Below, one piece after another: positions 9,486-17,633 of a stretch of DNA of 60,295 bases. Below the pieces are notes generated by a model. It had not been told where the DNA came from and ran no database searches. It saw only the letters and a program-made list of their open reading frames with translations. Source of the DNA: Chloroflexota bacterium (lineage in GTDB: Bacteria; Chloroflexota; Limnocylindria; Limnocylindrales; Limnocylindraceae); assembly GCA_026389535.1 (NCBI GenBank), contig JAPLHR010000020.1:1-60295 (forward strand), given 5' to 3'. The first letter of the stretch is position 1. Every line of letters begins with the position of its first letter. The position numbers were made by a program, and so were the translations under genes.

Positions 9486-10864
9486 CCGTCACCGCAATCC
9501 TCCCCTTCAGGTCAATCGACTCGGCGAAGTCGCGCATGGCGCCACTCCTCAGCGAAGGGGAGCGTCGAGAGTTCTCAGCACGTCTCCTTGAACGCACCCT
9601 CTTGGCGCTCGGTCGTGCCAACAGCGTCAGCAACGTAATCCTGGTCTCGCCAGATCCGCTCGGCCGCGCCCTCGCGCGCAGCGGCGGACATGAGGCGCTC
9701 GATGATGGTGGTGTTGACTTGAATGCGGCGATCGCGCTCGGCGTACGCCACGCCACGGCTGGTGGAGCATCTGCGGTGCTCGTTCTGCCCGTGGACCTTG
9801 CCGAAATCTCCGCAGCAAACATTGATGCGCTCCTAAGCGGTTGGTCGGGGTCGCAGCCGGGCCTCCTTGCATCGCCAGATGGCGGCACCTCGGCGCTCTT
9901 GGTGCCACTCCCACGCGACTTCACCCCGCAGTTCGGAGCGAATAGTGCAGCCGCGCATCGCAACGAGTTGAGTCGCAATGGTGCCCAGGTGGAGACGCTC
10001 AACTCACCGCTCGCCGCCGATCTAGACACACCAAGCGACCTGAAAGCGGCCATGGAGCGCGAGCGAGCAGCCACCACGCCAGCGCCAACAGCAGGCCTAC
10101 TCGCACTCCCAATTGATGGACTCGGTGAGATCGAACCGGGCGACGATCTACCCGCGATGATCGCCAGTTGCGTGGCGACGATCGCTGCCACGAGCGCGAT
10201 CGGCGGGCTACGCGAAGACGATGTGATCGCCGTGACGCAGAAGATCGTCTCAAAGGCGGAGGGGGCCATCGTTGAGCTCGGCAGCGTGACGCCGCGACCA
10301 GAGGCGGTGGAGTACGCGGCAACGTGGGGTCGTGACGCGCGCCAGGTTGAAGTGGTGCTGCAAGAGGCGGTACGTGTCGTACGTATGGATCGCGGCGTAA
10401 TCATCACCGAGACTGCACACGGATTTGTTCTCGCGAACTCTGGTGTTGACGCCAGTAATGTTGGCCCGCGGAGCGGAGAGGTGGTCACGCTCCTCCCGCG
10501 CGATCCCGATGGTTCGGCACGTGCGATTCGCGAGGCGATCCGCCTGCGGACTGGCATTGCACCTGGAGTGATCATCACCGACTCCTTCGGCCGCCCGTGG
10601 CGCCTCGGCATCACCGACGTGGCAATCGGCGTGGCTGGCATCGCCGCGCTGGAAGATCTGCGCGGCAAGCCCGACGCCGATGGCCGCACGATGGCGGCAA
10701 CGGTCCGCGCCGTCGCTGACCAGATCGCTGCTACCGCAGAGCTCGCCCTCGGCAAGACCGCCCGCCGACCGCTCGCGCTGATTCGCGGCGCACACCCGCA
10801 GGTTGCCGAGGATGGGAGTGCCCGATCGAGCCTGATGCCCCCCGATTGGGACCTCTTCCGCTAA
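9482..10864 (+). CDS. Fused CofC/FbiD guanylyltransferase (N-terminal) and CofE F420-0:gamma-glutamyl ligase (C-terminal)
   Basis: Residues 1 to about 195 are CofC-like (AILPFRSIDSAKSRM...VLVLPVDLAEI...DLDTPSDL). An Ala/Pro/Thr linker follows. Residues from about 205 to 460 are CofE-like (VIAVTQKIVSKAEG...ANSGVDASN...ITDSFGRPWRLG). No nitroreductase-like tail is present. Confidence 0.8.
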   Translation: MTVTAILPFRSIDSAKSRMAPLLSEGERREFSARLLERTLLALGRANSVSNVILVSPDPLGRALARSGGHEALDDGGVDLNAAIALGVRHATAGGASAVLVLPVDLAEISAANIDALLSGWSGSQPGLLASPDGGTSALLVPLPRDFTPQFGANSAAAHRNELSRNGAQVETLNSPLAADLDTPSDLKAAMERERAATTPAPTAGLLALPIDGLGEIEPGDDLPAMIASCVATIAATSAIGGLREDDVIAVTQKIVSKAEGAIVELGSVTPRPEAVEYAATWGRDARQVEVVLQEAVRVVRMDRGVIITETAHGFVLANSGVDASNVGPRSGEVVTLLPRDPDGSARAIREAIRLRTGIAPGVIITDSFGRPWRLGITDVAIGVAGIAALEDLRGKPDADGRTMAATVRAVADQIAATAELALGKTARRPLALIRGAHPQVAEDGSARSSLMPPDWDLFR

Positions 10865-10891
10865 GCGACCAGCCCTTATCTGCGGGGGGCG

Positions 10892-10897
10892 TAGAAT
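10892..10897 (+). promoter_or_regulatory. Candidate -10 box (TAGAAT) for leaderless trxB
   Basis: TAGAAT is followed by 6 nt and then the ATG at 10904. No SD is present. The 15-mer TAGAATCGCCCTATG differs by one base from the one at 14607. Confidence 0.4.
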
Positions 10898-10903
10898 CGC
10901 CCT

Positions 10904-11953
10904 ATGACCAATGCAGAGGCCCCCAAGGGATTTGGACTAGCGATCGACTTCGGGGCTGCCGCGCCAGCTGCCGATCCAGCAGTCGCCACGAAGGCGGCTC
11001 CCGCCGCTCCGACGGAGGCACGGTTGCTGATCCTCGGCTCTGGCCCAGCTGGACTCACCGCGGCAATTTATGCCGCACGTGCCGGTCTCGCCCCTGTTGT
11101 GATCGGTGGCTACGCCCCTGGCGGCCAGCTGATGCTCACCAGTGAAGTTGAAAACTTCCCCGGCTTTCCTGAAGGCATCGACGGCCCAGAGCTCATGGCC
11201 AATATGCGCAAGCAGGCAGAGCGCTTCGGCACGATCATGGTGGACCAGGATGTTGACCGCGTGGACCTCAGCGCCGAACCGCACCGCGTCTGGAGCGCAG
11301 GTCGTGAGTTCCACGCCGAAGCGATCATCGTCGCAACCGGTGCATCGGCACTCTGGCTTGGACTCGAGTCTGAGACCCGCCTCCGAGGCCGTGGCGTCAG
11401 CGCCTGTGCAACCTGCGATGGATTCTTCTTCAAGGGTCAAGAGGTCGTGGTTGTTGGCGGCGGAGATACCGCCCTCGAAGAGGCGCTCTTCCTGACGCGC
11501 TTTGCAACCAAGGTGCACCTAGTACATCGCCGCGACACCTTCCGCGCCAGCAAGATCATGATCTCCCGAGTTCAGGCGCATGCATCGATTCAGCTACATA
11601 TGAACCGAGAAGTGATTGAGGTGCTCGGCGAGAAGAGCACAGAGGCGGTCATGCTGCGTGACACCACCCCCGGTGCAACCAGCACCCCCGAGCGACTCGC
11701 TGCAGGAGGGCTGTTCGTTGCAATCGGCCATAAGCCGAACACAGCACTGCTCGGTGGTGCGCTCCCAGTTGATGCGGCGGGATACCTGCAGCTTGAGAGT
11801 GACACAACCGCCTCCCAGATCGATGGCGTCTTCATCGCCGGTGACGTGCATGACCACCGCTACCGTCAGGCGGTCACCGCCGCAGGCGATGGCTGTCGTG
11901 CCGCCCTTGACGCGGAGCGCTGGCTCGCGGAGCGCGACGCCTCGAAGTCGTAA
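10904..11953 (+). CDS. trxB: Thioredoxin-disulfide reductase with a roughly 40-aa Ala/Pro-rich N-terminal extension
   Basis: ILGSGPAGLTAAIYAARA, the redox-active CATCDG motif and VVGGGDTALEEALFLT...HRRD are present. Confidence 0.9.
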   Translation: MTNAEAPKGFGLAIDFGAAAPAADPAVATKAAPAAPTEARLLILGSGPAGLTAAIYAARAGLAPVVIGGYAPGGQLMLTSEVENFPGFPEGIDGPELMANMRKQAERFGTIMVDQDVDRVDLSAEPHRVWSAGREFHAEAIIVATGASALWLGLESETRLRGRGVSACATCDGFFFKGQEVVVVGGGDTALEEALFLTRFATKVHLVHRRDTFRASKIMISRVQAHASIQLHMNREVIEVLGEKSTEAVMLRDTTPGATSTPERLAAGGLFVAIGHKPNTALLGGALPVDAAGYLQLESDTTASQIDGVFIAGDVHDHRYRQAVTAAGDGCRAALDAERWLAERDASKS

Positions 11954-12694
11954 ATGCCGCACCGCGAGGATGAGATCGCGCTCATCGACACCGCACGTGC
12001 CGAACTCCTCTCGCTCGTCACCCACGAACTTCGCACACCACTCGCCGTACTGAGCGCCTACGTTGAACTGCTCTCAGATGCAGCATCTGGGGCCTCTCCT
12101 GCAAAGCCGGCTGACCTCGCCGCCTGGCGCGAAGCGGCCATGCAGCAGGTTGGTCGCCTCAACTTGCAGATTGATTCCATTCTCACCGCCGCCCGACCAG
12201 GCTCAAGCCTTCCGCTCGAGCGTGCGCCGATGAACCTCGGCGAGATCACCGGTGCGGTGATTCGGGAGATGGCGCCACTCTTGCGTAACCACTCCCTTCG
12301 CTGGGAGGAGCCGGAGCCCGAGATCGTGGTGCTCGCCGACGAGAGTCGCTTCCGACAGGTGCTCGGCCACCTCCTTGAGAACGAGGCGAAGTACGCGCCC
12401 GTCGGTGAACCGGTCTCGATTGGCTGCTGGGTTCGCGATGGCCGAGCCGAGCTCTATCTCACCGACGACGGGGTGGGGATTCCCCGCGAAGACTGGGAGG
12501 AGGTCTTTGAGGCCTTCGTTCGCCGAACGCAGCGCCCCTCGACGAGTGGCTCAGGGATCGGCCTCTACGCCGCGCGGCGTCTCATGGGGGCGATGGGTGG
12601 CGAGATCAAGATTGAACCGAATGGATTCGGTGGGAGCCGCTTCCTTCTAACGCTTCCACTCGCCTCCGCAGCCCACGGCATACTTGCCACATGA
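11954..12694 (+). CDS. Soluble histidine kinase lacking any input domain (HisKA plus HATPase_c only)
   Basis: The H-box LVTHELRTPLAV begins about 20 residues from the N-terminus. N/G boxes follow (ENEAKYAP, DDGVGIP, GSGIGL). There is no TM segment. The ATG directly follows the trxB TAA. Confidence 0.75.
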   Translation: MPHREDEIALIDTARAELLSLVTHELRTPLAVLSAYVELLSDAASGASPAKPADLAAWREAAMQQVGRLNLQIDSILTAARPGSSLPLERAPMNLGEITGAVIREMAPLLRNHSLRWEEPEPEIVVLADESRFRQVLGHLLENEAKYAPVGEPVSIGCWVRDGRAELYLTDDGVGIPREDWEEVFEAFVRRTQRPSTSGSGIGLYAARRLMGAMGGEIKIEPNGFGGSRFLLTLPLASAAHGILAT

Positions 12695-13401
12695 GCACTG
12701 CAGCGCCAGCCACGCCCCTTGCGATCCTGGTGGTCGATGACGACCCCGCGCTCGTTGGCGCAATCTCTGCACTGCTGACCGCTGCTGACTACACGGTTCA
12801 CGCCGCCTACAACGGCGTCGAGGCGGTTGATGTCTTTGACGCAAAAAGGCCAGCGCTGGTGCTTCTTGACCTAGCTATGCCTGGCCGTGATGGGCTCAAC
12901 GTGATCCACGAGATTCGAACTCGCAGCGCCACCCCAATCATCGTGCTGACCGGCGAGGCAGACGAGACTGCGAAGGTCGATGCCCTCGATGCTGGTGCCG
13001 ATGATTACGTCACCAAACCATTCGGCCGCCAAGAGCTTCTCGCTCGCGTCCGCGCAGCGTTGCGACGGGGCGGTGAACCCTCCGACGGCTCCGCGCGGGA
13101 TCGCACCATCGTTGGCGCTGCAGGTCTCCGCATCGACATCAGTCGGCATGAGGTTCATGTTGGGACACGCCTCCTCGCCCTGACCAAGACCGAGTTCAAC
13201 ATCCTGGAAGCCCTCGCCTCGGTGAAGGGTCGCGTAGTGACGCAGCAGCGACTTCTCGCCGCCGCCTGGCCGAACAAGGCCACCCCAGATCCGCTCCTCC
13301 TGAAGCCACACGTCGCGCGCCTGCGCAGCAAGCTAGAGGAGGCGGGTGGGCCACTCCCTGAGTCAGTGCGCGGGGTTGGTTACCGACTAGGGGCGAGCTA
13401 A
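12691..13401 (+). CDS. OmpR/KdpE-like winged-helix response regulator
   Basis: ILVVDDD...LLDLAMPGRDG...ALDAGADDYVTKPFGRQEL is followed by a trans_reg_C domain (GYRL). It has an ATGA overlap with the kinase. Confidence 0.85.
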   Translation: MSTAAPATPLAILVVDDDPALVGAISALLTAADYTVHAAYNGVEAVDVFDAKRPALVLLDLAMPGRDGLNVIHEIRTRSATPIIVLTGEADETAKVDALDAGADDYVTKPFGRQELLARVRAALRRGGEPSDGSARDRTIVGAAGLRIDISRHEVHVGTRLLALTKTEFNILEALASVKGRVVTQQRLLAAAWPNKATPDPLLLKPHVARLRSKLEEAGGPLPESVRGVGYRLGAS

Positions 13402-14547
13402 CTACTCCTCGCCCACACCAATCAGGAGTGCACTCGCGGTAGCGAGTGGCATTGCCAACAGCACACCGGCGGTGCCGGCCAGAGCACGAACCACTTCAAC
13501 CGCAACGGTCTCCGTGCTGAGGCGGCTCGCAATGCCACCGGGTGCGATCAGGGCAGCCACGACAAGTGGGAGTGATGCCGCGAAGTAGGCGAGTGGCAGA
13601 GTATTGATCACTGCACCAACATGCGAGCGCCCAATGGCCAGCGCTCGACTCCCCACATCTAGGGTGCCTGCGCGCACATCTGCTCGGCGAATCTGCTCAA
13701 CGGCCGCAACCTGCGTGGCGGCTACGTCATCAACGATGCCAAGAGTGCCGATCATTGCCGCGGCCAGACCAATGCCGCGAAGATCAACGTTGCCACCCAG
13801 GATCGGAATCAGATTGACGAGGTCAGGATCTCCTGCAAATGGCGTAAAGGCGAGGAGGCGATCGAGCAGGATCGAAATGAGCGCAACGGCGATGAGGCTC
13901 CCGCCGATTCCAAGAATGGTGGCGGTTGCGCGCCGATTAAGCCCTTCGGTAATCACCACAGAGGAGACGCCAACGACCAGGGCGATGAGCCCGGCAACGA
14001 CGAGTGGCGATGCCCCAGAGAGCAGGGCCGGGATACCGAAGCGAACGAGTACGACACCTGTGACGACAAGACCAAGGAGTGATCGCGCCCCGACTGCGCC
14101 TGCAATACCAACGACCGCAAGAGCAAAGATTGCAAGCGCGATGAGGAGTGCCCCGCCTCGGGATCGATCCGCAACGGCAAAGACCTCCCCCCCGCCCGCA
14201 TCAGTGAGCTGCGTGAGAAGCACCTCGTCGCCCTTGCTGTATGGGATTGAACCCGCAATGTCGCTCGCCTGATCAACGGAGGCGGTCAAACGCTCCCCAA
14301 GCCGTGGACCCTCAAGGAGTTCGACGGTCGCGGTACCAGAGGAGCCACCCTCGCCCGGGAGTGGCTGGGAGACGATCACGGCGCGAACAAGTTCGGGCGC
14401 ATTGGTGTCGGTTGGTAGCGTCCAGGGGCTTGGCGCCACCAGGAGCACGAGGAGGAACAGCGCCGCGCCACCAAGGCGGGCAACGCCGGCAAGCCACGCT
14501 CGGCTCGTGCGGGGCGCTCGTCGTGTGCTGGTACGCGTTTCTGGCAT
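13402..14547 (-). CDS. YibE/F-family integral membrane protein
   Basis: It has an N-terminal anchor, a roughly 100-aa external domain and then multiple TM helices, which is typical of YibE/F. I prefer the ATG at 14547 (MPETRT, with a GGGGG SD) over the GTG at 14559. Confidence 0.55.
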   Translation of the reverse strand: MPETRTSTRRAPRTSRAWLAGVARLGGAALFLLVLLVAPSPWTLPTDTNAPELVRAVIVSQPLPGEGGSSGTATVELLEGPRLGERLTASVDQASDIAGSIPYSKGDEVLLTQLTDAGGGEVFAVADRSRGGALLIALAIFALAVVGIAGAVGARSLLGLVVTGVVLVRFGIPALLSGASPLVVAGLIALVVGVSSVVITEGLNRRATATILGIGGSLIAVALISILLDRLLAFTPFAGDPDLVNLIPILGGNVDLRGIGLAAAMIGTLGIVDDVAATQVAAVEQIRRADVRAGTLDVGSRALAIGRSHVGAVINTLPLAYFAASLPLVVAALIAPGGIASRLSTETVAVEVVRALAGTAGVLLAMPLATASALLIGVGEE

Positions 14548-14606
14548 CAATACCCCCACTAATTTGCATCATCGTAGCCGCTCATCTGGCGTTTACCTGC
14601 GAACCC

Positions 14607-14612
14607 TAGAAT
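14607..14612 (+). promoter_or_regulatory. Candidate -10 box (TAGAAT) for the leaderless DUF971-ppk1 operon
   Basis: TAGAAT is followed by 6 nt and then the ATG at 14619, with no SD. Confidence 0.4.
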
Positions 14613-14618
14613 CTCCCT

Positions 14619-14960
14619 ATGCAGGAACCAGCACAGGGAGCACCCGTCGCGATTCGCATTCTCCGCGAGCAGCAACGCCTTGAACTGGATTGGCGCGATG
14701 GCCATCAAAGCGTCTATGAGGCGATTCCGCTCCGATGGCTCTGTCCCTGTGCGTACTGTCGTGGTGAGGCTGGCCTCCCCGGCTGGCTCGACGCCAACCC
14801 AACCCTCAGCCCAAGTCAAACGAAGCTTGAGGGGGGCGAAATGGTTGGTAGCTATGCGCTCTGTCTCTTCTGGGGCGACGGGCATCGCACCGGTTACTAC
14901 ACCTGGTCGCTGCTGCGGCAGCGCTGCTCGTGCACGAGTTGCATGAGTGCCCCGCGATGA
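14619..14960 (+). CDS. DUF971 (gamma-butyrobetaine hydroxylase N-terminal-like) zinc-binding small protein
   Basis: LELDWRDGHQSVY...LRWLCPCAYCRGE...LFWGDGHRTGYYTW matches the DUF971 pattern. It has an ATGA overlap with ppk1. Confidence 0.6.
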   Translation: MQEPAQGAPVAIRILREQQRLELDWRDGHQSVYEAIPLRWLCPCAYCRGEAGLPGWLDANPTLSPSQTKLEGGEMVGSYALCLFWGDGHRTGYYTWSLLRQRCSCTSCMSAPR

Positions 14961-16996
14961 CGCTTGGCGTCAGTCGCGAGCTCTCACTTCTCGCCTTCAA
15001 CGCTCGAGTCTTAAGCGAGGCCTCGAACAAGAAGAGACCGCTCCTCGATCGATTCCGATTCCTCGGAATCGTCGCATCAAACATTGATGAATTCTATGGC
15101 GTACGCGTTGCCGGTATCCAAGACCAGCAGGCTGCTGGCGTACGCACCCCTGGGCCTGACGGGCGCACCCCTGACGTGCAGCTCGCGCTGATTCGCGAAG
15201 CGACCAGTCTGCTGACCGAATCCGCACAGGGGAGTTGGGGTTCACTCATTGAAGAGCTGCACAGTGCAGGGTTACCACTCCGAACGTGGGGCGACCTCGA
15301 TGCCGCCGAGCAATCAATCCTTACAGAACGTTTTACGCGCGAGATCTTCCCCGTGCTCACCCCCCTTACTGTTGACGCTGGCCAACCGTTCCCGCTGATT
15401 AGCTCCCTCAGCCTCTCGATCGCCATACGGCTCCGAGCAGAAGGGGGCCAGGAGAACGAACTTGCGCGAGTCAAAGTGCCGACAATCCTCGGTCGCATCG
15501 TGCAATTCGGCAACGGTGACTGGATCCTACTTGAAGATCTCATCTTGGCCCACGTCGACCTCCTCTTCCCTGGGAGGGAGATCGTTGATGCGCATCTGTT
15601 CCGCGTTACGCGCGATGCCGATCTCGACACTGTCGAGGAGGAGGCGGACGACCTTTTGGAGGCGATCGAGGAGGGGCTCCGCCAGCGCCGGTTCGGTAGC
15701 GTTGTGCGCCTTGAGGCCCGCGCCGATATGCCGGACGATCTACTCAAGATGCTCATGATGGGGCTTGAGATCAGCCAGAGCGAGGTGCAGGTTGCTGAGG
15801 GGCTCCTTGATCTCACCGTGGCGCTGCAGGTGGCGAACCTTCCCCGCCCTGAGCTTCGGGCACCACGCTGGCAACCGGTCACGCCAGCGCGCATCGCGGC
15901 AAGCGCCTCGACCGATTCGTCCAGCGGCGACATGTTCACGGTGATCTCTGAGGGAGACCTTCTGGTGCACCACCCGTACGACAGCTTCGAGGCGAGTGTC
16001 GACCAGCTCTTCGCCCAAGCTGCTGATGACCCTGATGTTCTCTCCATTCGCTCCACCCTCTACCGCACGGGGGCCACCTCGAGCATCCCTGCACACCTGA
16101 TTCGTGCGGCCCATGCCGGCAAGGAGGTCGTTGTTCTTGTTGAGGTGAAGGCTCGCTTCGATGAGGCGGCCAACATCGAGTGGGCGCGACGACTGGAAGA
16201 GGCGGGGGCACACGTGGTCTACGGGGTGATGGGACTCAAGACGCACTGCAAGGCGACGCTGATCGCTCGGCGAGAGGGCTCCTCTGTCCGCCGCTATGTG
16301 CACCTCTCCACGGGGAACTACAACCCGAAGACGGCGCGCGGATATACCGATCTCGGCCTCTTCACTACGAACGAATTGATTGCGAACGATGTGGGGGTGC
16401 TCTTTAACTTCCTTACCGGGGGCACGCGCGCCTCGACGTACAGCCGAATCCTGGTCGCGCCCGACCATCTGCGCGGCGAGATCAAGGAGCGCATCGAGCG
16501 ACTCGCAGAGCAGGCACGAGTTGGCGCGGCAACCGCGATCACGATCAAGGTCAACGCCCTGATCGACCCTGAGATGATTCAGGTCCTCGACCGAGCCGCC
16601 GAGGCGGGGGTCTCCATCGATCTCATCGTTCGTGGCATGTGCGGTCTACTGCCGGACCCGGCGCGACATGCCACGCGCCTGCGAATCCGCTCAGTTATCG
16701 GCGACTACCTTGAGCACAGCCGCATCTATCGCTTTGCAGGACCCGAAGGGGTTGAGCTCTTCGCCGGTAGTGCGGATCTGATGGAGCGCAACCTTGACCG
16801 ACGCGTGGAGGTGCTCTTCCCCCTAGATGAGGGTGAGGTGCGTCGCAAGGTAGACGAGATCCTCGCCGCGCTGCTCGCCGACACCTCGAACGCCTGGGAG
16901 TTGCAGCCAGACGGGGCCTGGGAGCGTCTCGCAGACACGGGCATCTCGTCGTTTGAGACCTTGCGACAGGTGGCACTCGCCGCATCTCAGGCATAA
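14957..16996 (+). CDS. ppk: Polyphosphate kinase 1
   Basis: RELSLLAFNARVL...FLGIVASNIDEFYGVRV is present, with two PLD-like C-terminal domains (KTHCKATLI, YLEHSRIY). The start is at the ATG overlapping the DUF971 stop. Confidence 0.9.
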   Translation: MTLGVSRELSLLAFNARVLSEASNKKRPLLDRFRFLGIVASNIDEFYGVRVAGIQDQQAAGVRTPGPDGRTPDVQLALIREATSLLTESAQGSWGSLIEELHSAGLPLRTWGDLDAAEQSILTERFTREIFPVLTPLTVDAGQPFPLISSLSLSIAIRLRAEGGQENELARVKVPTILGRIVQFGNGDWILLEDLILAHVDLLFPGREIVDAHLFRVTRDADLDTVEEEADDLLEAIEEGLRQRRFGSVVRLEARADMPDDLLKMLMMGLEISQSEVQVAEGLLDLTVALQVANLPRPELRAPRWQPVTPARIAASASTDSSSGDMFTVISEGDLLVHHPYDSFEASVDQLFAQAADDPDVLSIRSTLYRTGATSSIPAHLIRAAHAGKEVVVLVEVKARFDEAANIEWARRLEEAGAHVVYGVMGLKTHCKATLIARREGSSVRRYVHLSTGNYNPKTARGYTDLGLFTTNELIANDVGVLFNFLTGGTRASTYSRILVAPDHLRGEIKERIERLAEQARVGAATAITIKVNALIDPEMIQVLDRAAEAGVSIDLIVRGMCGLLPDPARHATRLRIRSVIGDYLEHSRIYRFAGPEGVELFAGSADLMERNLDRRVEVLFPLDEGEVRRKVDEILAALLADTSNAWELQPDGAWERLADTGISSFETLRQVALAASQA

Positions 16997-16997
16997 T
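16992..16997 (+). promoter_or_regulatory. Candidate internal -10 box (CATAAT) for a leaderless CYTH gene
   Basis: CATAAT is followed by 6 nt and then the ATG at 17004. The 13-mer AATCTCGCCATGG is identical to the one in front of mmsA (29948-29960). Confidence 0.3.
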
Positions 16998-17003
16998 CTC
17001 GCC

Positions 17004-17633
17004 ATGGAGCGCGAGTTGAAATTTCTCCTCGAGCACGCACACGCTCCCGCGCTTCCTAGCGGCTACCACGTGGCAGAGCCTCAGCCTACGCTTCACCTTC
17101 TCGATGAGTACCTGGATTATCGCGGCCAAATCCTCGCCGCTGGCTGGCGACTACGTCGCCGCCGATCCGATGGTGAGGGGCTCCGGTACACGCTGAAGTC
17201 CGAGCAACGTGGCGACCCATCATCTCCGCTGCGTGAACGCATAGAGATTGAGCGCGCGCCAGAGCGTGATGAGCAGATCCCGTCAGAGATTGTGGCTGCA
17301 CTCTTGGCGGCCGGGGCTGACACGGTGCACGTGCTCGATCGCCTGCAGCCATACCTAACCCTGCGCCAGGAGCGTCACCCGGCAACGCTCTCAACAAGCG
17401 AAGGGGATATCGCACTAATGAGCGTCGACGAAGTGCGCGCGACGGGATCGACAGTCGAAGGGGAGCGCCGCTGGACGGAGCTTGAAATTGAGTTTTTCGC
17501 CACCGTTTCAGCCGAGGCTCGTGATCGCGCAGCCGTCGAGCTCTCCGCCTGGCTTGCAACGCAACCAGGGGTAACGCCTGGTGGTGAGTCAAAGGTCGCC
17601 CGAGCCGCGCGGCTCCTCTCGATCTCGATCTAG
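17004..17633 (+). CDS. CYTH (triphosphate tunnel metalloenzyme) domain protein
   Basis: The N-terminal MERELKFLL carries the ExExK signature of CYTH/TTM enzymes. I chose the ATG at 17004 rather than the track start at 16953, which lies inside ppk. Confidence 0.7.
   Translation: MERELKFLLEHAHAPALPSGYHVAEPQPTLHLLDEYLDYRGQILAAGWRLRRRRSDGEGLRYTLKSEQRGDPSSPLRERIEIERAPERDEQIPSEIVAALLAAGADTVHVLDRLQPYLTLRQERHPATLSTSEGDIALMSVDEVRATGSTVEGERRWTELEIEFFATVSAEARDRAAVELSAWLATQPGVTPGGESKVARAARLLSISI

Noticed and set aside
9427-10755. A 442-aa minus-strand ORF, with similar long ORFs at 8484-9398, 15094-16056, 43901-44836, 30672-31460 and 37976-38794.
   Set aside because: Each lies antisense to a gene with strong family motifs (cofC-E, cofD, ppk1, the gabT-like gene and CoA-transferase subunit A, mmsA, the RND pump). 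Their translations are Arg/Ala/Ser/Pro-rich low-complexity strings with no recognisable motifs. These are classic shadow ORFs of a high-GC genome.
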